Source: Negaprion brevirostris
Lineage: Eukaryota
Direction of reading: 5' to 3'
Assembly (NCBI GenBank): GCA_030324005.1
Contig: JARDVH010000042.1
Coordinates: forward strand, 75,323,557 to 75,387,556
Length of the DNA: 64,000 nt
In this document: in pieces, positions 38,041 to 51,939 of the stretch
Numbering within the stretch: position 1 is the stretch's first letter
How the letters are laid out: each line of letters begins with the position of its first letter
Translations under genes and position numbers: made by a program
Notes under the pieces: model-generated
The model's input: the letters and a program-made list of their open reading frames with translations, nothing else
The model's database searches: none
Told to the model about the DNA's origin: nothing

Positions 38041-38789
38041 AAGCACAAGGGATTCTAACAAACAATTTATTAAACAATTTATGATGGTCTTACACTATTT
38101 GGGTATTACAATTGGATTCAGCACTCCTGCAACAAGTGTGTGCAGCCACCTGATTGAACTTTAAATATTAAGATTTAAAAGATTCTAGGTCGTAAACTAA
38201 ACCACCCTTTACTTTCACACCCCTTCTTTAATATCAAAGCTTATTTAAAAACTAATTTTATAAACATTGTACAAAGACCAAATGTAGGCCCCATTGTGAT
38301 ATATCATTTACAGCAATCATGAAAACCTTGCGGCAAGTAATGCAGCAACCTTTGCTACACAATGGTTCCCACACTTGCAAAACTACATCAAATTAAAATG
38401 TGTGAATGCGCAATTCACTAAATAATTCACTAAGAAAAAGAACTGTAAATATTTATTATACCAGCAGGGGGAGACAAAGTCCTTAACTCAAAATAGGTTA
38501 AGATCAACAGAGCATTTGATATTGCTGTATGAATCTTCAAAAAAACATTTTGATCAGTAAAAACAGGCTGCAATGTTTAGTTACATATGGTGAAAGTAGT
38601 TTCTCTTTGCACTTTTGTTCTACTTGGGAACAAATAACGAAAAAGGAAAACTAGCATTTGTACAAATGTTCTTCATGATCTCAGGACTTTCTAAAGAGCT
38701 ATGCAATAGAAGTATTTTTGAAGTTTCGTTACTGTAGCCATGTTGGAAGTACAGCAGCCAATGTGTACCTAGCAATGTCCCTCCTGAAT

Positions 38790-38945
38790 CTAGTCCAACA
38801 GGAGGAGGACTCCTTTGATGTTTGTTTTCCCCACACCTTCTCTGCCTAACACACATTTCCGAATGTTTGCATCCCTCCCAACTTTAGCACTAATGTTGCC
38901 GAGGAGAATCAGCTTGTCTCCCTTTGGGATGCAGGGCTGCCCATT
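38790..38945 (-). mobile_element. RTE-clade LINE endonuclease fragment
   Basis: IPKGDKLILLGNISAKVGRD...VLGREGVGKTNIKGVLLL resembles the APE-domain motif LILLGDFNARVG...G.EGVGK.N.NG.LLL. Confidence 0.65.
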
Positions 38946-39879
38946 CCTGCCACGCAAAACTGCCCCCACAGCCATCAAGATTCACAGTGAGCCCCTGAAA
39001 TCGGAGACAACTGGAGAGCAGGCTCTGCAATGGGACAAGGACTAACAAACGCACATCATCCATCTGCATCTGCCTGTCTGTCAGTCACAGCACTTTTCAA
39101 ATCTGATGTCATTTTCCCTCTCTTTTGTGCCTTGTACTCTCGCCCCTGCTTGCTGTGCTCCTCTTGTCCCTGCTCTCAACCTGCTGCCGCTCCTCTCGCC
39201 CCGCTGCCCCCCCTCTCACCCCACTGCTGCTCCTCTCCTTCTGCTGGTACGCATGATATATACCAACTCAAAGGACAAGAGCAGCAGATACATGGGAAAC
39301 CACATCTGCAAGTTCCACTCCAAGCCACACAACATCTTGACTTGGAACTATATTGCTGTGACTGGGTGAAAATCCTGGAACTCCCTTCCTGACAACGCCG
39401 TGGGTGTACCAACACTGCATGGACTGCACTAAATCAAGAAAGCAGTTCACCATCACTTTCTCAAAGGTGATTAGGGATGAGTAAGAAATGCTGGCCTAGC
39501 CAGTAACATCCGCAATTTGTGAAAGAATAAACCAAATTGAATTAAGAGAGAAAAAAAGAGACAGAAATGGAAAGTACGACTTGTTTAAAAAAAATTAAAC
39601 TTTAAAGTTCTCACAGAACAATTCAGGACACAGTGAGTGCAAGTAATATTCCTAAACCTACCATAACTTTCTGTGGTGAATTTAATTCATAATTTATTTG
39701 CAAATGCAGCACTTGGGCATTAAAAGAGATCTATTCTTTTTGTGAGGTTAATGCGAGAACAACACAAAGCATCCAGCAATTTGTGACAAATCACAACTCA
39801 CAGGATATTTCTTCCTCGCCATATATGATTTTCACACAGCATGTGTTATTTTGCCAGCTAATCATGTCCCCACCTGTTC

Positions 39880-40126
39880 TAGGTGTTGGATGAAGCAGAA
39901 ACATTGACCTGAACATTGGGAGATGTCTCTTTGCTAGCTCCTTTATGCCTATATGAGAGCCTAAGCAGGGCCTCAGTTTAATTTCCCAATGCAAAAGACT
40001 GCACTTCCTGCAGTGTAGCATGTTCCCTCAGCACTGCACTCAAGTTCCAGCCTACATGATGCGTTCAAATTGCTGGAGTGATACTTGATCCACAGTGAGA
40101 GGGTTACCATTCAGCCAAGGCTGACA
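39880..40126 (-). mobile_element. DeuSINE (SacSINE1/AmnSINE-like) remnant
   Basis: Minus strand GTGCAGTGCTGAGGGAACATGCTACACTGCAGGAAGTGCAGTCTTTTGC...TTAAACTGAGGCCC resembles the recalled Deu domain, with head TGTCAGCCTTGGCTGAATGGTA. A related remnant lies at ~17930-18150. Confidence 0.55.
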
Positions 40127-40580
40127 GATTTTGGAAAATTACACATCTCATTTATACTTTTCCACATCACAAGGTTTGAATATACTTGTATGAACATCAT
40201 AATATATTATGATTAAATTGATCTCATTAAACATTATTTAGTTACACTTCTTTAATCTATCTATTCTTATTAATTCTTAGATTCCTTTTTATTTATTTTC
40301 ACAAAACATCTTTGTAATTTTTGTCTGTGATTTTGAAAGGAATATGAAGCCCTAAAGGAATATTAGTCAAGTTAGTCGTCAGACTATAACTCCCAATTTG
40401 TACACAGTTTGGATAATTGGATATCTTCAATTTCCAATTATTTCAACTTATCATAGAACCCCTACAGTACAAAAAAGTTTTATTTGTGTCACAAGTAGGC
40501 TTACGTTAACGCTTCAGTGAAGTTACTGTGAAAATCTCCTAGTCACCACATTCTGGCATCTGAGGAGGCCATTCAGCCCA

Positions 40581-40849
40581 TCACAGCACCAGGGACCTGA
40601 TTCAATTTCATTCTTGGGTGACTGTCTGTATGTAATTTGCATGTTCTCCCCATGCCTGTGTGGGATTCCTCTGGGTGGTCTGGTTTCCTCCTACAGTCCA
40701 AAGGTTTGCAGGTTTGGTTGAGTGGCCTTGCTAAATTGTCCCTTAGAGTCAGGGGGACTAGCACGGTAAATATGTGGGGGTTACAGGGATAGGGCCTGGG
40801 TGGGATTGTTGTCGGTGCAGACTCGATGGGCTGAATGGCCTTCTCCTGC
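40581..40849 (+). mobile_element. HE1-like V-SINE (partial)
   Basis: V core and tail region up to the gap. Confidence 0.7.
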
Positions 40850-41370
40850 NNNNNNNNNNNNNNNNNNNNNNNNNNNNNNNNNNNNNNNNNNNNNNNNNNN
40901 NNNNNNNNNNNNNNNNNNNNNNNNNNNNNNNNNNNNNNNNNNNNNNNNNNNNNNNNNNNNNNNNNNNNNNNNNNNNNNNNNNNNNNNNNNNNNNNNNNNN
41001 NNNNNNNNNNNNNNNNNNNNNNNNNNNNNNNNNNNNNNNNNNNNNNNNNNNNNNNNNNNNNNNNNNNNNNNNNNNNNNNNNNNNNNNNNNNNNNNNNNNN
41101 NNNNNNNNNNNNNNNNNNNNNNNNNNNNNNNNNNNNNNNNNNNNNNNNNNNNNNNNNNNNNNNNNNNNNNNNNNNNNNNNNNNNNNNNNNNNNNNNNNNN
41201 NNNNNNNNNNNNNNNNNNNNNNNNNNNNNNNNNNNNNNNNNNNNNNNNNNNNNNNNNNNNNNNNNNNNNNNNNNNNNNNNNNNNNNNNNNNNNNNNNNNN
41301 NNNNNNNNNNNNNNNNNNNNNNNNNNNNNNNNNNNNNNNNNNNNNNNNNNNNNNNNNNNNNNNNNNNNNN

Positions 41371-41580
41371 TTTCTTCGGGAAAAAGATACAAAAGTCTGA
41401 GGTCACGTACCAACTGACTCAAGAACAGCTTTTTCTGTGCTGCTGTCAGACTTTTGAATGTACTAACCTTGCACTCTCTTCTTGCCTTCTCTATGAGCGG
41501 TATGTTTTGTCTGTATGGCGCGCAAGAAACAATACTTTTCACTGGCTGTTAATGTATGTGACAACAATAAATGAAATCAA
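41371..41580 (+). mobile_element. Rex1/Babar-type LINE 3' end
   Basis: SGKRYKSLRSRTN followed by the same 3' UTR as 21260-21518. Confidence 0.7.
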
Positions 41581-44500
41581 AAAATTCCACCTGAGCCAAG
41601 TACAGAATGAAACTTTCAATGCTCAATATTAACACTTTACTGATGAACAAGCTGTTTGGCTGCTGGAGAATAAGTTATCTATAGACGTTGATACCTGCAG
41701 ACTGAAGAAAGATATTGATGTTAAAATTGATGTTAAAATTTGTTTCGTCATCAGCAATTTTGGAAGAAAAATTTAATCATAATATTGCAGATTGTAAATG
41801 AACCATCAGAGTGAGTGAATGTCCTTCACAGTGTCCATTGGCAATACTCAAAACATCAATTAGGCCCAAATCTGGCTTAAATTTGCATTGTTTAGATTAG
41901 TAACAGAAATAGGAAATGGGTAAAACTTCCTGCAAAATGATATTCTGGTTCTTAATGTATTTCCTGTAAAATAAACCAGCTTGTTGATATTCAATTAGCC
42001 ACTTCTCACCAGTAAGTTAATCATTTTCTGTCCAAAAGGAAGAACAATCATATTTGGTGAACTGTATAAAACAATAAAATCATACAAAAAGAAGGATTTT
42101 ATTATTAAGAAAGTCATAATTCTGTAACTAAATATTATAGAAGTCACAAAATTCACTGTGTGAATGATTCAGGAGGCTAAACCAAAGGGATATTTAGTGA
42201 AGACCTGTCTGTTGCAAAAATGGCCTCCTCCTGCTCCTGTTACTTAAATTGATACGATTAGAATTATAATTTTACTGTTGATTTTTAAATAAACTGCCCG
42301 ATTTCTCAATTTGAAGGATGTATTTGCTTTAGAGGAAATGAAATGAAGGCTCTCAGGATTGATTCCTGGGCAGAGGGAATTACTCATGAGGAGAGATTAA
42401 TTATATTCTCTTAAGGATGAGAATGATCTCATTGAAATATATANNNNNNNNNNNNNNNNNNNNNNNNNNNNNNNNNNNNNNNNNNNNNNNNNNNNNNNNN
42501 NNNNNNNNNNNNNNNNNNNNNNNNNNNNNNNNNNNNNNNNNNNTGAAATATATACATTTTAAATGACTTGACAGGGTTGATGCTGAGAGGATGTTTCCCA
42601 CAGATGAGGAGTCCAGGGTTTAGAGTCATAGTTTCTCTTCAGGAAGTGGGATCACTTGGAATACGTTTTGAAAGAACTGTCAACAATTTGACAAACGCAA
42701 CGGCCCCCTGCTATTGCGTACTGTTGTATGGTTTGGCAAGATTAATTGTGATCTTACTGAGTGGTGAAACAGGCTCAAAGAGTCAGGTAGCCCCTTCCTG
42801 CTCCCCTTTCTTAAATTGGTATGATTAGAATCATAATTTTACTGTTGATTCCAGCCATCATGGCCCAAAATTAGTCGGTGTCAACTTCCTAACGAGGGAC
42901 TCCACACCCTTATCAGTCTACAAACCCCATTGCTTTAATAAAGCTGTGAGCACAAGTAATACTCTTAAATATTTAATTAAAAGAAATATCTTAGAGTAGA
43001 ATGTCCTCAGTTCTTGGAGTTTTAACACAAAGACCCTTTCCACAGCATTTGAGCTGTTGTTTCTTTTTGGGCCTCATGCTCCTGGGAATTTGTGGTTACA
43101 AGTCAGAGTCTGTTGTTTTAGTACGTGTTTATTTCTAATTTCTAGAGTAAGAAAAGAAGAAAGACTTCAAAGTATTTCAATTTTGAGTTTCATTTCTTTT
43201 CTGAGTAAAAAAGATGGAAAATTGTAGAAAAAGTTTTGGTTACTTAATTCACATGATTAACTTCCAGTCTATGCATCATGATTTAGACTTTCCAAGAACC
43301 AACTTCCTCACTCCGAAGAACAGTATAAATGGAGGAAGGCCANNNNNNNNNNATAGCCAGGATTGCTACTGTTCTCCTGTGCCAGCCACAAATATATACT
43401 TTCAAGCACCAATCAACTAGATGGGCCTCAAACAGGATTTCTAGTTGATTGCTTTCATTTCCCAATCTGAATGATGTTAAGATTAATTGTAATGCCTCAA
43501 GTTCTGTCCTTAATGTTGGCTGGCTGGTGTACATGACTCAATTCCAGCAAGTCGAATAATTATGATGGAGCTGGGGGGATTCTTCCCTTGACAGGAGTTA
43601 GTCAATCAAATAGGAAATACATAAAGACAAAAATTCCTGGAGTCTTGTATTTCCCGAGAACTTCTGTTTTTGCTTTTTACTGGGGGCGGGAAATCTTACA
43701 CATTATTACTGAAAACCAAATACAATTGTGAGCAATCCCACAAATTTGCAGACATCCTGCCATCAAAATCAGCAGTACTGGAGACCTGTCAATGGCACTG
43801 AATGACTTTAGAGTTTAATAGTTGCTTTCCTTCAGGTATTACTGTACAGCAAACTCACAAAGTTATGCCACACTGCTGAAATCTTTATCCAGCTGCTGGC
43901 TAGACTTTCGGGTTAACATTGTGCAAACTCCAATATAATGTGAGCTAGGACAGAGAGCTGCACGATCACAAGGATCGTTTCAAGTACATTTTAAATTTAC
44001 TTTCCTGTTTTCAGGAAGTATACAGTTGCCATATTTTATGAGATAACAGGAAATCTGTGAGGATGAGACATCCAGAGAACAGCCGCTCAGATGGTGATAT
44101 TCCCTTTTCCTGTTTATAATGCAGCTTGTGTTAGGCAGGCACTTTATTAAATTAAGAGTGGATCTCATTTACAGTTATGAAGGTCAGAGCTTTGTTAATG
44201 TTTCGTTATCCTTGATCTTGTGATCACAACTATAGGAAATTGAAAGGTGAAATAATTAGAAAGTTTAGATTATTTTGATTCACAATGATAGAGGCACAAT
44301 TTTGCTTCTTGCTGAAGATTACTGTCCCTTCCATATGTGTGGAAAAGTTTTCTGATTTGGGGTATGTGCATTAAGCATCATGATAAATTTTGTCACGATT
44401 CAGCTTTTCACTGGAATGGGTTGGTCATCTTCTCCTAGAATGGTGGCCTTTTCTCTCAATAGAAACCATCAATGCAGCATTGGAAGATGCACCCGGGCTG

Positions 44501-44584
44501 TTAAAGGACTAAAGCACCTCTAAAATTGAAAGAGATATTCCACTGAACAGTTTGGCAAAGACCAAAGTTTTCAGTTGTACACTC

Positions 44585-46260
44585 ATAGCATTTTGCAGCA
44601 TGGAAACAGGCTCTTCACCCAACTTGTCCATGCTGCCCTTTTTTTTTAAATCACTAAGCTAGTCCCAATTGCCCGCATTTGGCCCATATCCCTCTATACC
44701 CATCTTACCCATGTATAAATGCTTTTTAAAAGACAAAATTGTATCCGCCTCCACTACTACATCTGGCAGCTTGTTCCAGACACTCAGCACCCTCTATGTG
44801 AAAAAATTTCTCCCCTGGACCCTTTTGTATCATTCCTCTCTTATCTTAAACCTACGTCCTCTAATTTTACACTCCCCTACCTTTGGGAAAAGATATTGAT
44901 TATTTAGCTGATCTGTGCCCCTCATTATATTATAGACCTCTATAAGATCACCCTTAAGCCTCCAATGCTCCAGAGAAAAAAGTCCCAGTCTGTCCAACCT
45001 CTCCTTACAATTCAAACCATTAAGTCTTGGTAGCATCCTAGTAAATCATTTCTGCACTCTTTCTAATTTAATAATATCCTTTCTATAAAAGGGTGACTAG
45101 AATTGTATACAGTTCCAAGTGTGGCCTTACCAATGTCTTGTACAACTTCATCAAGGTGTCCCAACTCCTGTGTTCAATATTCTGACCAATGAAACCAAGC
45201 ATTCTGAATGCCTTCTTCACCGCTCTGTCCACCTGTGACTCCACTTTCAAGGAGCTATGAACCTGTACCCCTAGGTCTCTTCGCTCTGTAACTCTCCCCA
45301 GCACTCTACCATTAACTGAGTAGGCTCACCGGCCTATAGTTCCTATGCTTTTCCCTGCAGCCCTTCTTAAAACAAGGCACAACATTTGCCAGCCTCCAAT
45401 CTTCAGGCACCTCACCTGTGGCTGTTGATGATTCAAGTATCTCTGCTAGGAAACACAATTTCCTTTCTAGCCTCCCACAACATCCTGGGATACATTTCAT
45501 CAGGTCCCAGGGACTTATCTACCTTGATGCGCTTTAAGACTTCCAACACCTCCTTCTCTGTAACATGTACATTCCTTAAGACATCACTATTTACTTCCCC
45601 AGGTTCCCTAACATCCGTGCTTTTTTCAACAGTAAATATTCGTTTAGGATCTCATCCATCTCTTGTGGATCCACACATAGATAATTTTGTTGATCCATAA
45701 GAAGCCCTACTCTCTCCCTAGTTACCCTATTGACTTTTATGTCTTTGTAGAATCTCTTTGGATTCTCCTTTGCTTTATCTGCCTAAGCAATCTCATGTCC
45801 CCTGATTTCTTTCTAAACACTACTCCGACACACTCCATATTGTTCAAGGGATCCATTTGATCCCAGCTGCCTATGCATGTCATATGCCTCTTTCTTCTTC
45901 TTGTCCGGGGCCTCAATATCTTGAATCATCCAATGTTCCCTACTTCTATCAGCCTTGCCTTTTACTCTGAAAGGAATGTGCTTATCCTGAGACCTGGTTA
46001 ACACACTTTTGAAAGCCTCCCACTTACCAGCCATCCTTTGCCTGCCAACAGACTCCCCCAATCAACTTTTGAAAGTTCCTGCCTGATACCATCAAAATTG
46101 GCCTTGCTTTACTTTAGAATTTTAACTTTTGGGCCAGACTTATCGTTCTCCATTGCTATCTCAAAACCAATGGAATTATGGTCACTGGACCCAAAGTGAT
46201 CCCTCACAAACAGTTCTGTCACTGGCTCTTCCTTGTTTCCTAAGAGGAGGCCAAGATTTT
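44585..46260 (-). mobile_element. CR1 LINE with internal deletion
   Basis: GEVPEDWRLANVVPCFKKGCREKHRNYRPVSL is joined directly to LGRVTERRDLGVQVHSSLKVESQVDRAVKKA...YKTLVRPHLE, then LDRLGLFSLE..RLKGDLIEVYNIM. Confidence 0.85.
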
Positions 46261-47528
46261 GACTTCTCTCTATCAGTCAATAAGGCCTGGGGCAGTGTTA
46301 GAGATAGCAATACCCTATGAGGTTCGTTCCTCAATCTCAAATGATCCAGCTAAGATGTAGATCGGGTCTAAGGGGTGAATGATCCCTTTCTGTTCCTAAG
46401 TACAGGATGGCACCCATTATTGCTGCTTCCTGAGGACACTTACTCTCTATGCCATGTAGGGCCTTGGAGGCAGCAATANNNNNNNNNNNNNNNNNNNNNN
46501 NNNNNNNNNNNNNNNNNNNNNNNNNNNNNNATTTACATGTAGCGAATAAGGAGGAAGCAGCCAGCTGGGGTCCACACTTGGGCAGACCAGTCAGTGAGGA
46601 GTGGGTTGTTCTCACTGTCTGAACTGGTTCTCACTCTCCATGGTGACCCCACCAGATTTCAGTGAGGAGATTCCAAACTTAAATTTCTCCAGTCTTTTCT
46701 CATATCCTGGACTTGTAACACTGGGGATCAACCCAATGTTTCTATTACTTAAACATCTCCCTTGTTTCTTGGTAATCACAGCGGGATACAATTTTCATTC
46801 TGACTAAAGAAGTGTACAGTTTATATGGATATATAGCTCAACATCTTCTTGGTTATGTTGATTGTTTGAAAAGGAGCAGAAAAGGCTGTTCAGTCCCTTG
46901 CATTTGCTCCACATTTAAATAAGATTATGGCTGATCTTTCACCTCAGCTACATCTTTCGACATTATCCCCCTTAATCTTTGATTTCCTTACTATCCAATG
47001 ACCTCTGACTTAAATACACTCTAACACTGAGCATCTACACTTCTTAGGGTACAGGTTTCCAAGGATTCACAAATCTCTGAGTGAAGAAATGTTTCCACAT
47101 TTCTGTCATAAACGGCTAATTTTTTATTTTGAGATTGTGAGCCCTATTTCTAGACTTGCCAGCCAGAAGAAACACCCACAAACACCTCAGGAATTTCATA
47201 TGAGCCAATCTACTCAATCTCTTCTCACAGAAAAATCTTCTCATTCCAGGAGTCATTGCACTATCTCCAAGGCAAGTATGTTCTTTCCAAAACTGTATAC
47301 AGTATTTCCAGTGTGGTGTTAACAAGGTTGTATACATTTGCAATATGATGTTTTTATACTTACACACCAAACCAATTGCAGGTCCTCGATGATGCAAAGC
47401 ATTATGATATTTTTTACTGTAGGCAGGGTGTGGAAATAGACCCAAACTTGCCTCAGTGGGAACTTTGTAATATTGGTGTTTATCCAATCCATACTTCAGC
47501 TGCCAAGTCAACTGAGCAAACCAGATTA

Positions 47529-47813
47529 GGGCAACACAGTGGCACTGTGGTTAGCACTGCTGTCTCACAATGCCAAGGTTTGATTCCTGGCTTGGGTCAC
47601 TGTCTGTGCAGAGTCTGCATGTTCTCCATGTGTCTGCGTGAGTTTCCTCCGGGTGCTCCGTTTTCCTCCGAAAGCCGTGCTGATTAGATTCGTTGACTAT
47701 GATAAGTTCTCTCAAACAGGCGCAGGAGTGTGGCGACAAAAGAATTTTCACAGTAACTTTATTGCAGTGTTAAAGTAGGCCTAATTGTGATACTAAGAAA
47801 TAAACTAAACTAA
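47529..47813 (+). mobile_element. V-SINE with an alternative 3' tail
   Basis: Same head and core as the HE1-like copies, but the tail is TTTTCACAGTAACTTTATTGCAGTGTTAAAGTAGGCCTAATTGTGATACTAAGAAATAAAC. Confidence 0.7.
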
Positions 47814-48513
47814 AATTTCCACCCGAGGTAATAGGCTTTTGAATGGTCTGCACCCCACCCTTAATAATTCTGATGGTGGTGGGATGGGAAAATTCCACCC
47901 CCTGTGACACTTTCTCAAATGCATTTTGAAAATCCAAATGCACTGCACTGATTTTTCTGGGGTACCTTGAAGTCCTGCCCCCAGGGCTGAAAGTGAGAGC
48001 TGACCTCGCTCAAGATGGTGGTGGGACCCCGGGTGGCAGTCAAGAAAGAGGCTGCCCTTCCATCCAATTGAGGAGACAGCCCTCAAGAGCCACCATCCCA
48101 ATCGGAGGGTCAGCAGCTCACAGCGCCACAGCTGGCGGTGACCAGTGCTGAGACTGCAAATCCGGGGAGAGAATTCCTCAATGGTAAAGTGCTCTCAAAG
48201 AGAAGGTGAGGTCTTTTTGGGAAGCTGGGGCTAGGTGGTTNNNNNNNNNNNNNNNNNNNNNNNNNNNNNNNNNNNNNNNNNNNNNNNNNNNNNNNNNNNN
48301 NNNNNNNNNNNNNNNNNNNNNNNNNNNNNNNNNNNNNNNNAGAGCAGTGTTTGCAGTATTTTAGCAATGCCATTTCCACTTGGTTTGCTATTGCCTCTGG
48401 AGGGGTGCCATCAGTAGGCCATGGAGTGTCTACAAAGGAAGCTCCCTCTGTGGACCTTCTGAGTGGTCACCCCACCCAATTATGGAACCTCCTGATGCAG
48501 ACAAAATGCCTAC

Positions 48514-48830
48514 TCATAGAATCATAGAATCCCTATACTATAGAAAGAGGTTATTTGTCCCATTGAGAACAGTCCCACCCAGGCCCCATCCCTGTAACCC
48601 CACATATTTACCCTGCTAATCTCCCTGAGACTAAGGGGCAATTGGACATAGCCAATCAACCTAGGACGCATGTCTTTGGATTGTGGGAGGAAACTGGAGC
48701 ACCCAGAGGAAACTCACACAGTCATGGGGCGAGTGTGCAAACTCCACACAGACAGTTACCCAAGACTGGACCTGAACTTGGGTCCCTGGCACTGTAAGGC
48801 AGCAGTGCTAATCATTGTGCCACCGTGCCA
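48514..48830 (-). mobile_element. HE1-like V-SINE
   Basis: TCATAGAATCATAGAATC tail, V core and tRNA head on the minus strand. Confidence 0.75.
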
Positions 48831-49749
48831 CACACTTAAAACAGATCTGTCAAATACAATTTCCCTTCCATAAAGCCTTATTGATTTGGTCCAATCCTCC
48901 TTTGATTTTCTAAATATCCTGTTATCATGTCTCGAATAATAGATTTGTAATGCTTCAGCCAGGACAAGGGTATTAGTCAGAATGTGTTTACAGAAGTTCT
49001 AAAAAGAGAAGACTATCGAGACTACCTGTCGAGTATTTCCAGTTCAGTGGTATCTTATTTCAATGGAGTAGTCTGAGTGGACCATTGTTCTTCATTGTCA
49101 CAAGCAGATTGTTACCATGAGAGGGCACTGTACTTTCAGCGGCTATGATAAATAAGTTTGTATAATGAACATAAGATTTTAGAAAATGGAGAAAAATAAA
49201 TATTGTAAGCGACTAGAAAATAAAGCAATTGCTTGACAAATCCAATAAGCAAGCACTTCAGTTGATAAAATGTGAGAAAAATGGTAGCAGATTTTGTTTG
49301 ATAATGCTGCTATGAAATGTCCTTGAACATTCTATTACATTAGAGGCGCTGCATAAGATACAAGATTTTATTGTTGAGAAACTGAAATATCCTTCCTTGT
49401 CTAGAACAACATTACACCAAGTAAGCTGAGTCATTACCGCTTTCTTTGCTGAGAAATGAGAATTTAACACGCCACATATAAAGAATATCAGCTGTGAAAT
49501 CAAATGAACAAAGGAAGTTGGTGACTTGAGTGTCTGTTTCGGCAAGTATAATATTGAGCTAGGTGGCCTGGAGTCATTAATAACCGGAGAGTTCACAAGC
49601 TGTCAACCACACCTGTTTTGAAGGGAGTAGGCTTGATATATTTTCTTTGAGACTTCAAAAAGATTGTGGTGCATCTTTCATGGCTTCTCAAGTGCAATCC
49701 ACAACCTACATATAACTAACACAATGACACATAAGCGGTAATATCAGAG

Positions 49750-50022
49750 TGTCAGCCATGACTCATAGCAGCACGCAACTGGGCAAGACATTATTTCAAA
49801 TAAGAATGAGTGGAAATCCCCTCAGCATTCTGGTCAGTACTTATCCCTCAACCAACATCATTAAAATAGATTACCTGGTTACTGTTACATTGCTGTTTTT
49901 GGGTCTTTGCTGTGCCATATTCCCTGCGCTATGATAGTGACTATGCTTCCCGTGGGGCGTAAACTGCTTTGGGATGCCCTGAGACTGTGAGAGGTGCTAT
50001 ACAAATGCAAGTCTTTCTTTCT
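49750..50022 (+). mobile_element. DeuSINE-related SINE, internally deleted
   Basis: Head GTCAGCCATGACTCA, body ATCCCTCAACCAACATCA...CATTGCTGTT, tail GGTGCTATACAAATGCAAGTCTTTCTTTC. Confidence 0.55.
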
Positions 50023-50957
50023 TGCTTTAGGCTACTCCTGGTGTGTCACTGGATTATGTGAAGAAACACCTTTAAAAAAATGATTGCTGTGCAGGTTACA
50101 GAGGCAATGAAGGACACACGGTTTAGGAGGAACCCAGTTTGGACAGCTGCTGACACTCATGGAAGTATGACCAAAGGGGAAAAATAAAGATGCAAGCATG
50201 GAAAAAAGAAGGAAATGGTAAAAGTTGCCCCCTTCACCTCTTCCCAGCTCCAGCTGTACTCTGTGAAGAGCTTTGTAGAGATGATATTGTTAGCAGTCCT
50301 CTGAGGGAAAAGCATCGCCTTTTTGATAAACAGGATCTGAGTGAAGTTGTTTATCCTTTACTTTACATTTACAAAAACCAGATGAGCTAAAATAAATGGA
50401 AAATATGTGTTTTCAGATACAGGACAATCACATAAATTTATTAAGCTGGGAAGTTGTTTCCAGCTGACCAAAGAATATTAGATTATTGCAGCCAGTGTGT
50501 TGTCAATGGATAAATACAACTTGATCTTTACAGCCTCTGGGTCCTGGATAATCTTATTACTGAACTCAACAGACATTAATATAAAATATTCTAGTCCAGT
50601 GTTACCTAAATAAATAAAAGGCAGGTGAAAGATACAACAAATTTGTAACTTGAGAGAATCATTGCTGGTATCTATAAACTGATGTCTGTCTGTCCATTTC
50701 TCTTTTAGATTATCCTAATCATCATTCGGGTCAGTGGGTGCACGTGCACAGTTTAGAAGACTTGGCCATACTTTACCTTTATAAATGTGATTTTACTTGG
50801 AAAAGAATCCTGCCATGTTACATAATTGCCAAAAGTCAATCAAAACAAGTGTTTACCTATTTTGTCCTCCCCCTCACCCTGTAAATACTGGGCATCTGGG
50901 TGTGGTGTATGAATGAGCATGAAGACTGTTCAGTGAATCCTTGGGCTTCAGTTTCAA

Positions 50958-51133
50958 TGATGTGGAGGTGCTGGCGTCCGACTGGGGTAAACACAGTAAG
51001 AAGTATCACAACACCAGGTTAAAGACCAACAGCTTTATTCATCAGGTGGGCCTGACGAAGGAACAGCCAGTTCTGAAAGCTAGTGGCGTTTGCTACAAAT
51101 AAACCTGTTGGACTTTAACCTGGTGTTGTGAGA
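50958..51133. mobile_element. Inverted pair of Penelope-like terminal repeats
   Basis: Minus copy ~50958-51050 abuts a plus copy 51051-51133 (CCTGACGAAGGAACAGCCAGTTCTGAAAGCTAGTG...AATAAACCTGTTGGACTTTAACCTGGTGTTGTGAGA), which runs into a gap. Confidence 0.7.
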
Positions 51134-51939
51134 NNNNNNNNNNNNNNNNNNNNNNNNNNNNNNNNNNNNNNNNNNNNNNNNNNNNNNNNNNNNNNNNNNN
51201 NNNNNNNNNNNNNNNNNNNNNNNNNNNNNNNNNNNNNNNNNNNNNNNNNNNNNNNNNNNNNNNNNNNNNNNNNNNNNNNNNNNNNNNNNNNNNNNNNNNN
51301 NNNNNNNNNNNNNNNNNNNNNNNNNNNNNNNNNGAACATTAATCGCAGATTGTAAATGAGGGCGTTTGTTGCTGCACTGCAGAAGAGGAAACAGAGAATC
51401 AGCAACCTCAAGTGCAGAGAGATGGGAAAATGGCCAATTGAAGGGTACTGAGTTCAGTCTGGAACAAAACCTCCTGGCAGCAAAAAGATTTGCATCATGA
51501 AAACAGTTAATCAATTGTACCCAGCCATTGTTCTAACGTATACCAGGCTGTTTGGAATTGATGATTTGCAAACTGCAAATCAACTTATGATTCTCCCCAG
51601 CTCATTGGTAGCTTGGTCAAGGAGCTGAACATGTTGTTAACTGGCTGTTAGCAGGGATTCTCTCTGTCTTTGAAACACCAATTGAAACACTTTTCATCTT
51701 TGGTTTTGAACTCAGTTTGGATTTGTGATCTTAATTTGAAATCCTTACATTTGAATTTGACTGTATATTATGTTTGAGACGTCTGAATAGGAATTTATTC
51801 TTCATTTGGGGCTTGGTATTTGATTTATATTAATTCAATTCAGATCTTTCAGATTTCAATGGAGCACTTTCATGTATTTGTTCAAAACACATAAAACTCT
51901 TTTACTTAAAAGAGTGAGGATATGGGGTGAGATGGGGAG

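Noticed and set aside
40573-41632. Long ORFs of 205-277 aa in the ORF track
   Set aside because: They consist mostly of X from the N gap and are flanked by SINE and LINE sequence. The same applies to other gap-spanning ORFs (e.g. 7111-7515, 51080-51514).
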